DNA of 64,000 nucleotides from Selaginella moellendorffii (Eukaryota > Plantae > Lycopodiophyta). The notes beneath the pieces were generated by a model. The model was not told the origin of the DNA, did no database searches, and saw only the letters and a list, made by a program, of their open reading frames with translations. The stretch spans positions 124,001 to 188,000 of the forward strand of contig NW_003314298.1 of assembly GCF_000143415.4 (NCBI RefSeq), written 5' to 3'. Both the position numbers and the translations under genes were made by a program. Shown here one piece after another: positions 1-11,669 of this stretch (its first letter is position 1; every line of letters begins with the position of its first letter).

Positions 1-572
1 AGAAAGCTACTAAAAATTATGTGTGCAATGCTGCCCAATCTGTTTTTGCCAGGACTTGTGTCATCCATTAAGCTGCTACTCCCTGGAAAAAGATTGCAGC
101 AGTCTACTTCTGCTGCTTCATCATTTGCCATGGATGTATTATCAAATGCCATCACATGTTGGAAGTAGTGTACTTCATCTTGGTTGTCACCATTGTTGGA
201 ATTGGTACATCTTCCCACACTGGAACAAAGATGGCCTTCAACTTGGAAAAAGTTGAGTAGGATGTGTAACACTCACTTTTCTCCCACTCTTCATGCTCAC
301 TTTTTGATTCATGGGCTGTGCACCAAAAGATCTGGAGCAGACAAAGAACCACTGCTGCCATGCCTCCTCACTCTAATGGTAATTGTTGCAAGTTCATCCT
401 TCTATGCACTAACATCATTAGTAACATTAATATGACTCTCTATCACACCACTCATTTACTCACTTAATCTTTGCTTCTTCATCCCCACTAATTAATCACG
501 CTTAGTCAACTCGATACCTCGCTTTATTTTAACCGCCTTTTTATAAAAAACTGTCACGTGCCCGGGAGTGGA

Positions 573-1832
573 CTACCAATCTGGAGGAAGTGGTACGTTT
601 TGCCATCCCGCAATCTTGCATACTTTGTCCACGAGCTCTGGCCCTGCAGCTTCTATCGTGCAATTGGAGTAGCAGCTCTCGGGACGAAAGACTTGGTGTG
701 GATTTCTGGCCTCCCACTGCGCTCCACCTAGAAAGACATCCCCGCTTGAGCAGACGCAGCCACACTCAGCTTCGTTTTTGTCGAGAGCCTGCAAAGAAAC
801 TGTTGTAAACGCTGTGAATTCCTTGCGGTAAATGCTTGCCTTCTCTGTGTAGTACTCAAATACTTTTTTCTTTGATCCTGCTTGGTATACATTGCCCTGC
901 GAGCATATCTACAGACAGAGAGACACGTCAAAGGAAAGGATGAAAAAGAAGCAAGCTTGGAAGTACCTGAGACTCAACGCTAGCGCACACAGCGTAGATA
1001 CCCCAGTTCCTCGTGTAATTGTTGTAAAGGTGGACTTTGGCGAACCTTACCCGGGGATGCCTCTGCCTTGTGCCGTCAAAGAAGCAATGGTGGATCGTGA
1101 TTCGCATGTTTCGATCTTCTATGTGCTTTGCGTCGGCGCTGATGAGCATCGTCTTGTCGTGGTGGTGGAAGTGGCACCTGGAACGAGAGACAAGTAAGAG
1201 AACTCTTCAGTCAAACTGTGTACCTGGAGACCGTGATGTCGGTGCTCTGCCTTGTGATGTCAATCAGCCCATCGTCGTAGTCGGAGAGCGAGCATCGATC
1301 GATCCACACCTTCTCGGTGTTTGGCTTGATCTGGATTCCATCCACATCGTGGCCGCGGCCCCCCTGGAACTCCAAGTTACAGATGATGATGTGCTCGCAT
1401 TTCTTGAGCTGGATGCCGTGCCCGGTGATCTTGATCCTCTGGCCTCGGCCATCGAGAGTCTTGCGCGACGCTACGCGGATCGCCGACGACACCGAAATAT
1501 TTCCAGACAGATCAAACACGATCCAGAGAGGCTGTTCTTGGCGGCAGCCATAGCGGAGGCTCCCAGGCCCATCGTCTTGGAGAGAAATAAAGACCTTAGC
1601 TCATAATCGCTGCCTAGAACACAGGATCCTCACCGGCAAGGGTCGTGACATGGTAGACCGCTCCTTCCAGGCCGCCGATGGATGCGCTCCCAAATCCCTG
1701 CGCGGCCCTAGCGAGCGCTCGCAGCCTGGAATCCACATTCGCGTAGGGACCAGGCGCCGATGGAGCTGGATCGGGCGTGCCGTGATGGATTTCGATTCCC
1801 GGGCAGCAGCATTTGCGCAGCCGATTCATCAT
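573..1832 (-). CDS. Pectate lyase (PL1 family), 5 exons, no obvious signal peptide
   Basis: Spliced segments read AQGFGSASIGG..VYHVTTLA / DDGPGSLRYGC..LWIVFDLSG..DGIQIKP..VWIDRCSLSDYDDGLIDIT / DKTMLI..RQRHPRVRFAKVHLYNN / ..EYYTEK / ..VPLPPDW*. WIDH-like and RxPxxR pectate lyase motifs present. Last intron (789-839) is GC-AG. Confidence 0.92.
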
Positions 1833-1949
1833 CTGGGAAGAACACCCAAAGGGTAAAGCAAAGGGGGTTTAAAAGGCACGACAAGGCCAGATACCTAGAT
1901 TGAGATGGCGAGATCGACAGAGGTGGCGGAATGGTGGGCGGACAAAGAG

Positions 1950-2600
1950 TGATCGATGTCAGGGAAGTTTGCGATGCGTTCTATACAACGTGTGCTCGAG
2001 GCACTCGAGTTCGTCCGGCTGTCCCATTTGAACGGGACTTCCGGCGTGGGCAAGACCGGGTTTCTGTGGTACTTCATTATCCGGACTGGAATTGAACGGC
2101 CGCAGTCGGGAGTTTTGTGGCAGGGCTCTTCGGCTGGTGCCAAAGATGGAGTATCCTCTCCACAAGATCGAATCACTGGAAGTTACCTTCCATCTGATCG
2201 ATCAAAAGATCTCTCCTGACGGAGCCATTGGCAAGCGAGCTCTAGTTGCTGCCTTGGCGGACGAGGACAACACCAAAGCCCAATACCAAGCTCAAGAATG
2301 TGTCTGTCATCCTACTCTGCTGGTAAAGGGAACGTCTCGTACGCGACGCCCGGCAGCCGTTTCATGCGTGGCAAATCTTTACTTCTTCCGGACTCTTATC
2401 CCGACTTCAAGTTCCAGCCATATCGTTCGTCTCTGAAGGTTTCTCAGAAAGCTGTCAAAGGTGAGCGATTTCATATGAGCAATTGACACTTTCTCTCTTT
2501 ACCAGGGATTGTGCAGTGTAAGGTCTGCCAGTATTACCCACGACATGGATATTGTTTCTCTAGATCCGAACTTCGAAGCTTGCCCAGAGGATACTGTTGA
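1950..2600 (+). pseudogene. Degenerate P-loop NTPase fragment, possibly Crinkler (CRN)-like
   Basis: ORF 1956-2219 has HLNGTSGVGKTGFLWYFII, a Walker A followed by the FLxY helix seen in CRN-type NTPases. Downstream sequence is frameshifted. Boundaries approximate. Confidence 0.35.
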
Positions 2601-4739
2601 GCAACCGGAGAAGTCACTCGACCATGCTGATTTTGAAGAGTGGGGCAAACATTTCTAGACATGTGTTCATTCCTGTTCTTGGCAATTCCAGTTCAATATG
2701 TAGGGGCGGGATGGGACAGTAACAAAGCACCCACGGTGATGAGGACTTCGTGAAGAAGTTGCAAGGCCTTTGTGTATGAGATGGCGGCAGAGGTATCTCA
2801 ATGCCACGAACTATGCAAATTGATAAACACACCCAATCACTCGCAAAAGTGATCAATTTCTCTATTGGAGGTTTGGAGGCTACTTCACAGTAAAATTTTG
2901 TAGCAATTGGCATGGATATAAACTAAGAAGTTCAAATTTGCTTTCTGTTCTTCAATTTGTTTAGGTACCTTCCCTTTAGTACACCTGCATTGCATACTAA
3001 AAGTAATGAGTTTCTTCTGGAAAAGTTCTTCATATTTCTTCCTTCTTCTGCCAATTGAACTTGCCCTCGTAGCAATCATATATATCCTAGCACGTTGTCC
3101 AGTTCAACATCTTCTATGGCCATGATAAGCATGACATGTCCATCCTTACACATCCTCTATAACTTTTTCACCACTTCGAAGAGAGTGACTTTGTATTCTC
3201 TTGATATCCAGCATGTCCCAAGACTGGCAACACACACATTACCACTTTTTGAGCTGGCCTTCACTACCACCTCTGAACTGGCCTTCACTTGCACATTATC
3301 ACTTTTGAACTGGCCTTCACTTGCACAAAGAACCTGATTACCCTGTCACCTACATGCTTGAAGAAATTGATATCTGGCCCAAACAAGTTAAAGCCTTCAG
3401 TAACTAGAAACACTGAGAAATCTCCACTTCCGCCTTTAACTCCCCTCTCAACTGCATCAAGATGCTTGGACATGTCCTCAATGGTACAAGCAATGCGAAC
3501 ATAATGACTAAGATGAGTAGACAGCAATTAATATCATGGAGCTTAGGGCAAAGTTAATCACTGCTTGTTGCTGTCTTGGAGTTACTACTACATCAAGTTT
3601 GTATCCCTCCTCTGAATGCTCAATTGCATGAAACAAAGTTGTGAGGTCCTTTTGGTAGTGATTGAAAAGACACTATCACACTATAGACTCCCAGATAATC
3701 ATCATGGTGTAATTTTAACATTCATCCTTCTTCATAAAATCAAGGCCTTTGAAATAAATTGTCCCCTCATCAATGTCAAAGCAGCAATTTCCAAAGGCCA
3801 TACTCCATCACTTTCATATTGTCAATTGCCAAGTGAACTAGCCTATCAATTTTTTAAAAACTGGCCAGCTTTGATACCATATTCATGCAAAGGAAGAAAT
3901 GAATAAACTAAGCTATGTAATCTATGAATGACTCACTTGATCTCAACTTTGTCCGAAGCTCTACAAGTGGTGGTGGAGGACTAAGTAATTTGGCAAAACT
4001 CTAAAAAATGAGCCATTAAGTCAGGGCTTTCAGTTTGTAAAAGTTAATTGTTCAGAATTATTTGCAGTGGCATGCTATAAAATTGAAACCTGCCTTTGAA
4101 ATAATCATAAAGCTTTTTAAACTCATCATGGAAATTTGCCTCATATATTCTGCAAAGGCAAAACCTCAAAATCAATAACAAGAACACAACAGCCACCAAT
4201 TTATTTAGGGCTTTGAAATCCAACAAACTTTGCAAAAATTGTGACTCCACCAAGATCTACATCATATGTCATTCTTATTCCTAATACGATGATTGCAAAA
4301 TCTTGCACTTCTAAAAGTTTATGGCTGTATTGAAGTCTTTAGAGACCAAAAAGGATTAATGATTGTAATATATATGCTTTTTTTGGTGGTCTATAATGAG
4401 GCCTGCTATCATAGTAAAATTTGATGAATCCCATCTCTAAAAGGGTTATCATCATATCCAAAATAATCCTACTTGGGAATCAAACCTCAATTCATGTATA
4501 GAAATGACATGTTGTCATCTCCAACCCTTGATCCTCCCATTGATTTTTCCTCATTCATTGATAGTGAGGAGGAGGAGGAGAGAGGAGGATGTTCTTGAGT
4601 TATGCTCTTACTCTGCTTGGATGAGCTTCTGTACCACATCCAAAAGTATATGATCAATTAAACTTTGACATGACTGAAAAAGGATGTGATGAATCTGATA
4701 GAAGTTTGCGTGCTTGAGCCCCTCAAGTTCCACAATCTT

Positions 4740-5790
4740 TTCGAGTCTCAAAACTTCATTCATATAAAGAAGCCATCATCAATTTGCCATGGATGAAGAG
4801 ATGAAATCTCAAAAGGGAGTTGGAATCTCTAAAGTTGTTTTTAAAACTTGAAGGAAGAAGAAATATAGATAGAAAATGGGTATATAAAGTTTATAGTATT
4901 GATGGGAGTGTGAAGAGATATAAAGCACGATTGGTGGCTCAAGGGTTCACACAGATTCTTAGTCTGAGCCATTTTCACCCATGGTTAAGATGGCTAGCAT
5001 TTGCACACTTCTTGCTTGCTTTTGCAGATGAATTTGACTTGTAAGTCCATTATATAGACATGAAATGGCTTTTATGAATAAAAACTTCAAGGAGATTTCC
5101 ATGAGAGAACTAGTTCACAACTCTGGGAAAAGTTTGGTATAGAAATTAAAGAAGTTGTTAACAATCATCTAGACAATTGTATGAATGCATTGATAAGTCT
5201 TTGATAGAAAAAGGATTTACTAAGCTTGCTTCAAATGGTAAAACTCATTGGAGTTTCTGAAAAAGACCAAGGACTTATCTTGGTCAAGTGACAAAACCTT
5301 TGGGAATGGAAGTTAAGAAGGATGTATATACTGGTTTTATAGTTATAACTCAACATAGCTATATTCAAAAGTTGTTGCATTAATTTGGTTTATAGGATTG
5401 AAAGCCAATGCTAACTCCCATGATAGTTCTTTGCTGCAACTAATGGAACTATACTACAATTATCAAAGTGTGGTTGGCAATTTATTATATGCTGCAACAT
5501 GCTTTCGTCCTAATATCTCATTTGTAGTTGGAATTTAATTCGGTACATCTTTGCACCAACTCACATCCATTTACAAGCTGCAAAGAGAGTTTCATGGGAA
5601 CACAAAACAAAATACATCGAGATCCAATGTCACTTCATTCGTGGACAGATTGAAAAGCGGGAAGTGATCATGCACTATGTTCCCACCAAGCCGTAGACAG
5701 TCGACATTTTCACTAAGGCCCTTGGTAAAAGTCAGTTTATCTTTCTTCAAAAGAAGCTTGGAGTAAGCAGACTCCTGCTGGGAGCTGAAT
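4740..5790 (+). mobile_element. Decayed Ty1/copia reverse transcriptase and RNase H
   Basis: RKWVYKVYSIDGSVKRYKARLVAQGFTQ (~4870-4955) and TKYIEIQCHFIR..VIMHYVPT..VDIFTKALGK (~5605-5730), with many stops and frameshifts between. Confidence 0.9.
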
Positions 5791-6126
5791 GAAGGAATTT
5801 GGGACTCAGAGCTTTTTAGCTTGTATATATAAGGTGGGATCTTCTAAAACAACATATGATTTTTCCTATTCCTTTTCCCTGAGGATGGTGTCAAAGCTCT
5901 CGTGGAGTCACGCAAAGCACAGGCAGACAGACAAGTTGAGCAAGTGATGGAGAGAACCCAGCGCTACTTTACTTGGGGTGCTGGGTAACTTCTGTTAGTT
6001 TCAAAACGCCATGATTATGATAAACTAAAGCAACAACAGAATTCCAGCTTGCAATTTGTAGTGAGCCCAAGAAGATTGCTTTGCTACCATGGCAATGAGC
6101 AGTTATACTACAGATATGCATGCTAC

Positions 6127-6540
6127 TCATCGAATGCCGCATTTCTTATCAGGCGATCCAAACACCCTCCAGAAGCACAGTGTCTCGTCCACGGCCGCAG
6201 TTAGTTTCCTCCGGGCTCTACATGCAAAACAGGAAAAGCCACAAAAAACTGGAGAAGAAGAAAACAATGTGTGTATTGTTTGGTGATAAACGTATGCCAA
6301 ATGGATCACTCGAGCAGTGTGGCCCCGGAGCTTGGCAATCCTGATCATGGACGGATACACACACAGCTGGTTGAGCTGTAGCCATGGCTGCTGAGAATCT
6401 TCTTTTGATGCCGGCTCCACTCACACCTGCGTGAACATGTCAAGAGCAGCGAAGGAAAGATCGAGAGGAGCAAAGACAGTGGAGAAGAAGAGAAGATCAC
6501 CTCGATGCTATTGAGACACTTCCTGGTTTTGGGATCTAAC
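6127..6540 (-). pseudogene. CDC20: CDC20/fizzy 3' fragment (last WD40 repeats and IR tail) with microdeletions, introns retained
   Basis: Frame-hopping read: ..KCLNSIE / ..EWSRHQKKILSSHGYS..NQLCV..YPSMIRIAKLRGHTARVIHLA / ..AAVDETLCFWRVFGSPDKKCGIR*. Matches the C-terminus of APC/C co-activators including the IR tail. Confidence 0.8.
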
Positions 6541-6945
6541 AGTTTCCTTTGAGCTTACAAGTACTTCCTCAATAACAATTGCTTAGTTTTGATATTATTC
6601 CAACTTAATTTTCAATATAAACAATCAAAACAAGGTAGGACACAAATTTGGATGCATGCACAGATCAAGGAGAAACATATGCAAGGAAATAAAGAGTCTC
6701 TTTACCAGACTGCAACATAGGAAACGTGTAAGATTATTGAAACCGAACAAAGCACAGGCTTACCCACCAGGAGCGCAACAAGGGCAAGCCAAAGGTTTCA
6801 TCTCGGTCTTTTCCCAGATGCTCAAGAATCCCGACGAAGACCTCAGCAGCGACGACCTTCCAGACCGCCGATGGATGCGCTCACATGTCCAGCCCAAACG
6901 ACGTGCACGAGAACCAGTTTGAGCAAAGCTAGACCCTAGATTGAG

Positions 6946-7882
6946 ATGGCGAGCACGGCGATGACGATGCCGCCGCGGTGCGCCATTGTGACGGGCGTCG
7001 CTCGCCGGCGTGGCATCGGGAGGAGCATCGTCGACTGCTTCCTCAACGAGGTGGGGAATCGCTCGATGGGTAACACTCAGGTTAATCACATAACAACAGG
7101 GCTACTGCGTTGTTGGGAGTGACATCCAAGCGCTGGAAGAACAAGGGAGCTGCGTCACCAACAGCAGGTTTCACTTTGTTCGGGCCGATGTGAGCGACGC
7201 AGCGCAAGCCAAATCGATTGTCCAGGCCAGCTTGGAGCGATTTGGACACCACATTCACGCCCTCGTCAACAACGCAGGCAAGAGAGCGAGAGCGAGACTC
7301 TGATTATGACTGTCATGGGATTTTGTTTGCCTGATCACACACAGCCTTGACTCGTGGAGAGGAAGGACAAGATGCCATTCAAGCTTTCGACGCCATGCTC
7401 CGTGTCAACCTGAACGGCCCCTTCTATCTCTCGCACTACGCCATCCCACACATGCCCCGCGGCTGCTCCAGCATCATTCATGTGTCGAGCACCCGAGCCC
7501 TCCAGAGCGAGGCTGACACCGTCGGCTACACCGCCTCCAAGGCTGGCCTCTGTGGATTGACGCACTCGCAGGCAAGCTCTCTCGGCCACTTTCTTCTCAT
7601 TCACAAGCGATGTGTCTGTCTTCACAGGCTATAACTTATGCGGGACACGCCCGGGTGAATGCCATCCTCCCCGGGTGGATCAACACCAGCGACGAGCACG
7701 AGCACGAGGTGGCGATCCGCGAGGTGGACAAGCAGTGGCATCCCGTGGGCCGCGTCGGCGAACCCGTGGATGTGGCGCAGCTTTGCCTGTTTTTGTGTGA
7801 CGAGAGCAAGTCGGGCTTCATCACGGGCCAGCAGTTTGTGGTGGACGGGGGCACCACCGTCAAGATGGTCTACCCGAGCTGA
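6946..7882 (+). CDS. Classical short-chain dehydrogenase/reductase, 4 exons
   Basis: AIVTGVARRRGIG (TGxxxGIG), LVNNA, SSTRALQSE, YTASK (YxxxK), RVNAILPGWI, FITGQQFVVDGG. Introns ~7051-7099 (GT-AG), 7278-7344 and 7572-7627 (both GC-AG) give a continuous frame. Confidence 0.9.
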
Positions 7883-8029
7883 GAATGTTCACACCACTTT
7901 GTTTACTTTTCCATCTCAAGGGGATGCACTGGTCGACGACGTGATTATTCTCTCACACTCACTTTCATAACATGATATCGGAGCGCACAGATCTGAAGGA
8001 GGTAATCTCCCAGAAAAGTCTGTACAGTC

Positions 8030-8479
8030 CGTGAGTGCTTGGCTTACTCTACTCCAACATGGCAGGGAGCTGCAACAAGATGGGGAATTTGGGACGGTTT
8101 CAGCAGGGAGCTTCCCAGATGTTGTTCCAAGGTATGATCTGGAACGTAGAGGACGTGGACATGAGGCTGTCTTTCCACAACAGATTCCTTCAAGCCTTCT
8201 TCAGCCTGGAGCGCTGAGTGGCATTTCATCGTCAATGGAAGTATATATCAGGTAATCGTTACAAAGAAGCGCGCCTTGGTACTCGGGCAGGCACTGGACT
8301 TCCTGCGAGTTTACCACGGCAAAGGGGAACAAGTCGAGTTCTGCATACTAGTACCTCACTTCAATCTCGATACCGTCAATCTGGCTGAAAAGGGAAAGCG
8401 AAGTTCATGCAAGGACAAAACAAATAGAATCAAGAAGCTGAACATCAAGGTGAAGGTAGTCTCGTTGGACATTGGGTGA
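8030..8479 (+). pseudogene. Degenerate fragment resembling the C-terminal nuclease-like region of Crinkler-type proteins
   Basis: GNLGRFQQGASQMLFQGMIWNV, then (interrupted) FIVNGSIYQVIVTKKRAL..VEFCILVPHFNLD. Resembles the FQxTV..FYFVVP pattern of CRN REase domains; judged by eye only. Confidence 0.28.
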
Positions 8480-9262
8480 CGTTTGCTGCCCGGTTTTAGG
8501 GTTTGCAGGGACAGGCATCATTGCCAACGATATCAGTTTGCATTACAAACACGGATCTAACATCTAATCTTTGGGGACGTCGATACACTACCACGGACAT
8601 CTCAGATAGTGGAAAAGCAATGTCATCGAGTTCCATGGCTCATTCCATCACCATCTTCGCTCACGTGGCCTTGTTGGTTCAGAAGCAAGTCCACACCTGT
8701 AGCTACCATGGAGGCAATACTCGAACTGTTCAAAGCTCAAACAGTTTCGTGTGTTGACATAGTGACTTTAACTTTTGCATAAATTTCATAAACATCTTTC
8801 TGCGGAGGTTGCCCAGTGTGATGTTCTTGAGCTCAAGTGGAAGTTTGTGCCTGCCTTTGTCGCAGAAGTGGACTTGGCTAGCACGCTGTCGTGCGGTCTC
8901 ACGCACAGGAAATAGCATTTGGGAGACGTCTCCCAGTTGCGAATCCCTGGCATAGTCGTCTTGACATGCAGAGACGGCCAGGCCTTGTCCACCACTTGAA
9001 CAAACTCGGACCACACGCAAGGCTCACGTCCCGTCTTACAGATGTTCTGCAGAGAAATATCCCCGTGGTGCTTGCAGCACCTCAGACACTTGGTTGCTTA
9101 TATCGTAGACTTGCGAGTGTGTTATCGGCCTGGAGGCCTTTCCAACGGCGATTACCTGAAAGAGCATCGTAGAGCATGTCCCTCTCAGTCTGAAACCACC
9201 TCTCCCAAGCCCAGTCCTGTTCTACTCTCTCCAATGCCTCCTGCTGGTGGCAGTCGCCAACA

Positions 9263-9490
9263 TCCGGCTGGATCAACACCACCGACAAGCACGAGCACGA
9301 GCACAAGGTGGTGATCACGCATCCCGTGGGCCGCGTGTATGACGGGCTTCATCACGGGCATGACTGTCAACCCGAGCTGAGAATATTCACATGCTCGTCT
9401 CACTTTGTTTTCTTTTCTGTCTCTAGACTGTCCAAGGGATACACCCGTCGACGACCACGACGTGAATATTCTCTTCCCACTGCGCTTTCC
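9263..9490 (+). pseudogene. Deleted partial duplicate of the SDR last exon and 3' UTR
   Basis: Colinear blocks ggatcaacacca, gagcacgagcac, gcatcccgtgggccgcgt, cgggcttcatcacggg, acccgagctgagaat and gtcgacgac..tattctct match 7670-7965, with the intervening segments missing. Confidence 0.85.
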
Positions 9491-9848
9491 TCTTTCCTGG
9501 CCTGGGCTTTCATCCTCTATACTATAGGAGCAAGGACTGTCTCTAGCTAACTTGGGCTCTCCTCACCCAATAGCTTCCAGTCACTCGAACCCAAGAGAGA
9601 TCAGGAGGCAAGTGGCAGTGGCATGTGGAGATCGTGCATGGGGCTCCCAAGTCTGGGTGAGAGCTAGCTAGTTACATTGCTCATGAAATCTCTCCTCATT
9701 CCAGATTCTTTGTGTGCTAGGATGGCTTGCTCCCTCGTACCAAGCAACCGGCCGCAATTGGAGGAGCTGAGGAGAAGGCTAGGGAAGAAGAAGAGGGTTG
9801 GTTCCTTCCTCCTCAACTTGCGGAGAGGAGAGGGATCCAGCAGCCGAC

Positions 9849-10508
9849 ATGGAGCTCGAGGTGAGCGGCAGTACTAGCAGCGCGAGGAAGAGGCGCAGCA
9901 CACGGTTGAGGAAGGCGGCAGACGAGCAAGGCGAGGAGCAAGGAGGAGGAGGAGCGCTGAGCGTACGAATGCCCGTCTATCTCAATGTCTACGATCTCTC
10001 GCCCATCAATGGCTACATGTACTGGGTCGGCCTCGGGATGTTCCACTCGGGCATTGAAGGTAAGCAAGGGATTGATTGGGTTGAGGAGCACCGATAGATT
10101 CGTGTGTCATCCCCCGCAGTTCACGGAGTGGAGTACTCGTTCGGTGCCCACGACTTCTCCAGCAGCGGCGTGTTTGAGGTGATCCCGCGCAGCTGCCCGG
10201 GCTACACGTTTCGAAAGGCCATGGTGCTGGGCAGCACCGAGCTGAGCGCTGGCGACGTCCGCGAGCTGATCGAGAGGATGTCCATCGCCTACACGGGCGA
10301 CTCGTACCATCTCATCCTGCGCAACTGCAACCACTTCACCAACGAGGTGAGCCTGCGCTTGACGGGCTGCGCCATCCCGGGATGGGTCAATCGCCTCGCA
10401 AACATTGGCATGTGCTCCTTCGGCTCCTGCATCATGTGCTACAGGCTCCGCGTCCACCACCAAAACTTCTCCTCCCCGCCGCCCATGCTAGCTCTCAAGG
10501 ATTGCTGA
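9849..10508 (+). CDS. DeSI/PPPDE peptidase family protein
   Basis: VYLNVYDL, GMFHSGIE|VHGVEYSFG (catalytic His), YHLILRNCNHF (catalytic Cys), IPGWVNRLA. Intron ~10060-10119. Both ends of the model are uncertain. Confidence 0.9.
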
Positions 10509-10684
10509 TCCAGAGAAAGCCCACTTGGCCAAGTGTATAAGATCCATCCACGCTTGTCTCTTTGATCTGGATCACCGCCTGCCTTCACAGACAAAGGAGA
10601 GACAACACTCCAAAGAGCGCCTTCCTTGCGGGATGGCCGACGACAAGCTCTACAAACTACTGTTGTTTAGCCAGGCCGGAGTCG

Positions 10685-11470
10685 TCACATTATGTGGGTG
10701 ATCCACGACAGTGTCTGCTTGGAGCAGGGCGAGGGAGGCAGGCACTCCACCTCGCCCTCGCCATCGCTGGAGCCACGGTACGACTTACAGCCGGCGGGGA
10801 CCATGAGGCTGGCGACTGGAAGCGAGAAGTCGCTGCAAAACTCCTTGAACACCTGTTCCACTATCTCCCTGTAGGCCGGACATGTGAGGAGGTGGTAGTA
10901 GCCGAAAAACTCCTCCAGATCGACCAAGTTGTCCAGGTCCTTGGACAGCACCATGGACACAACCTCGTGCCAGTTATCAGCCAGAGGACGCCACGCCGGC
11001 GACGATGATGCTGCTGCTGGCGGAGCGTGACGGGCGCTTCGGGGCCGAGGAGCGACGAGTTTTGATGCTGCTCTTGACGACGACGAAGGAACCACCAGCT
11101 GACCACTCCGGGGGATGAAGACTTCGTGCTTGGTCAACCGCGGGGATTGGGAATGCAGGTTGAGTGGCCCGCTGAAAGGAACCCACGGCTGCTCGTCATC
11201 CTCGTCTCCGCCACCCGTGGTGAGCCGCGCCAACTTTGTCGACCTTCCCGTCGACCTTGGAAGCAATCTTAATCTCCTGAGGAACCCGGCGGCCGGCGAG
11301 CGTGGTGGAGCTTTGGAAACATCACCCTCGCATCTTAGCACCATCTTGTGCGCCGGCCCCTGCATCAAGCTCCAGTAGACTAGCTTTCTCTTTCGCCGCC
11401 TCCTCTTTGGCCTGTAACTTTGGCTACTGAAACACCAGGACAGGGATATAAGCTCTGGCGGGGCGGCCAT
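10685..11470 (-). CDS. OVATE-family protein, OFP17-like
   Basis: Single ORF of 261 aa. C-terminal SMVLSKDLDNLVDLEEFFGYYHLLTCPAYREIVEQVFKEFCSDF fits the OVATE domain with the LxCP..F.E.C.D variant of OFP17-type proteins. Basic NLS-like RPKRRRRKRK near the N-terminus. Confidence 0.72.
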   Translation of the reverse strand: MAAPPELISLSWCFSSQSYRPKRRRRKRKLVYWSLMQGPAHKMVLRCEGDVSKAPPRSPAAGFLRRLRLLPRSTGRSTKLARLTTGGGDEDDEQPWVPFSGPLNLHSQSPRLTKHEVFIPRSGQLVVPSSSSRAASKLVAPRPRSARHAPPAAASSSPAWRPLADNWHEVVSMVLSKDLDNLVDLEEFFGYYHLLTCPAYREIVEQVFKEFCSDFSLPVASLMVPAGCKSYRGSSDGEGEVECLPPSPCSKQTLSWITHIM

Positions 11471-11669
11471 GCGAGAGGGAGCTTACCACTGGCGCGTGCC
11501 TAATAAGCAAAGGACCCACAGAAGGAGATGAGACGTGAAGGAATGATGGAATTCCCACACGTTCCATGATATGCCAGACTAGCTAGTCGTCGTGTCCTGT
11601 GGCCGAGCAAAACAAGCGCTTTAAACGCAGAAAAACAAGCCTCTCAAAGTCTTACCCAGGGAATGTATG

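Noticed and set aside
1-500. Short ORFs at the window start
   Set aside because: No recognisable motif in any frame.
2614-4300. Decayed minus-strand coding-like tract; MAFGNCCFDIDEG briefly suggested a viral D5-type primase
   Set aside because: Only a few residues of resemblance, no helicase motifs and many stops. Left unassigned; it includes a short triple repeat at ~3250-3325.
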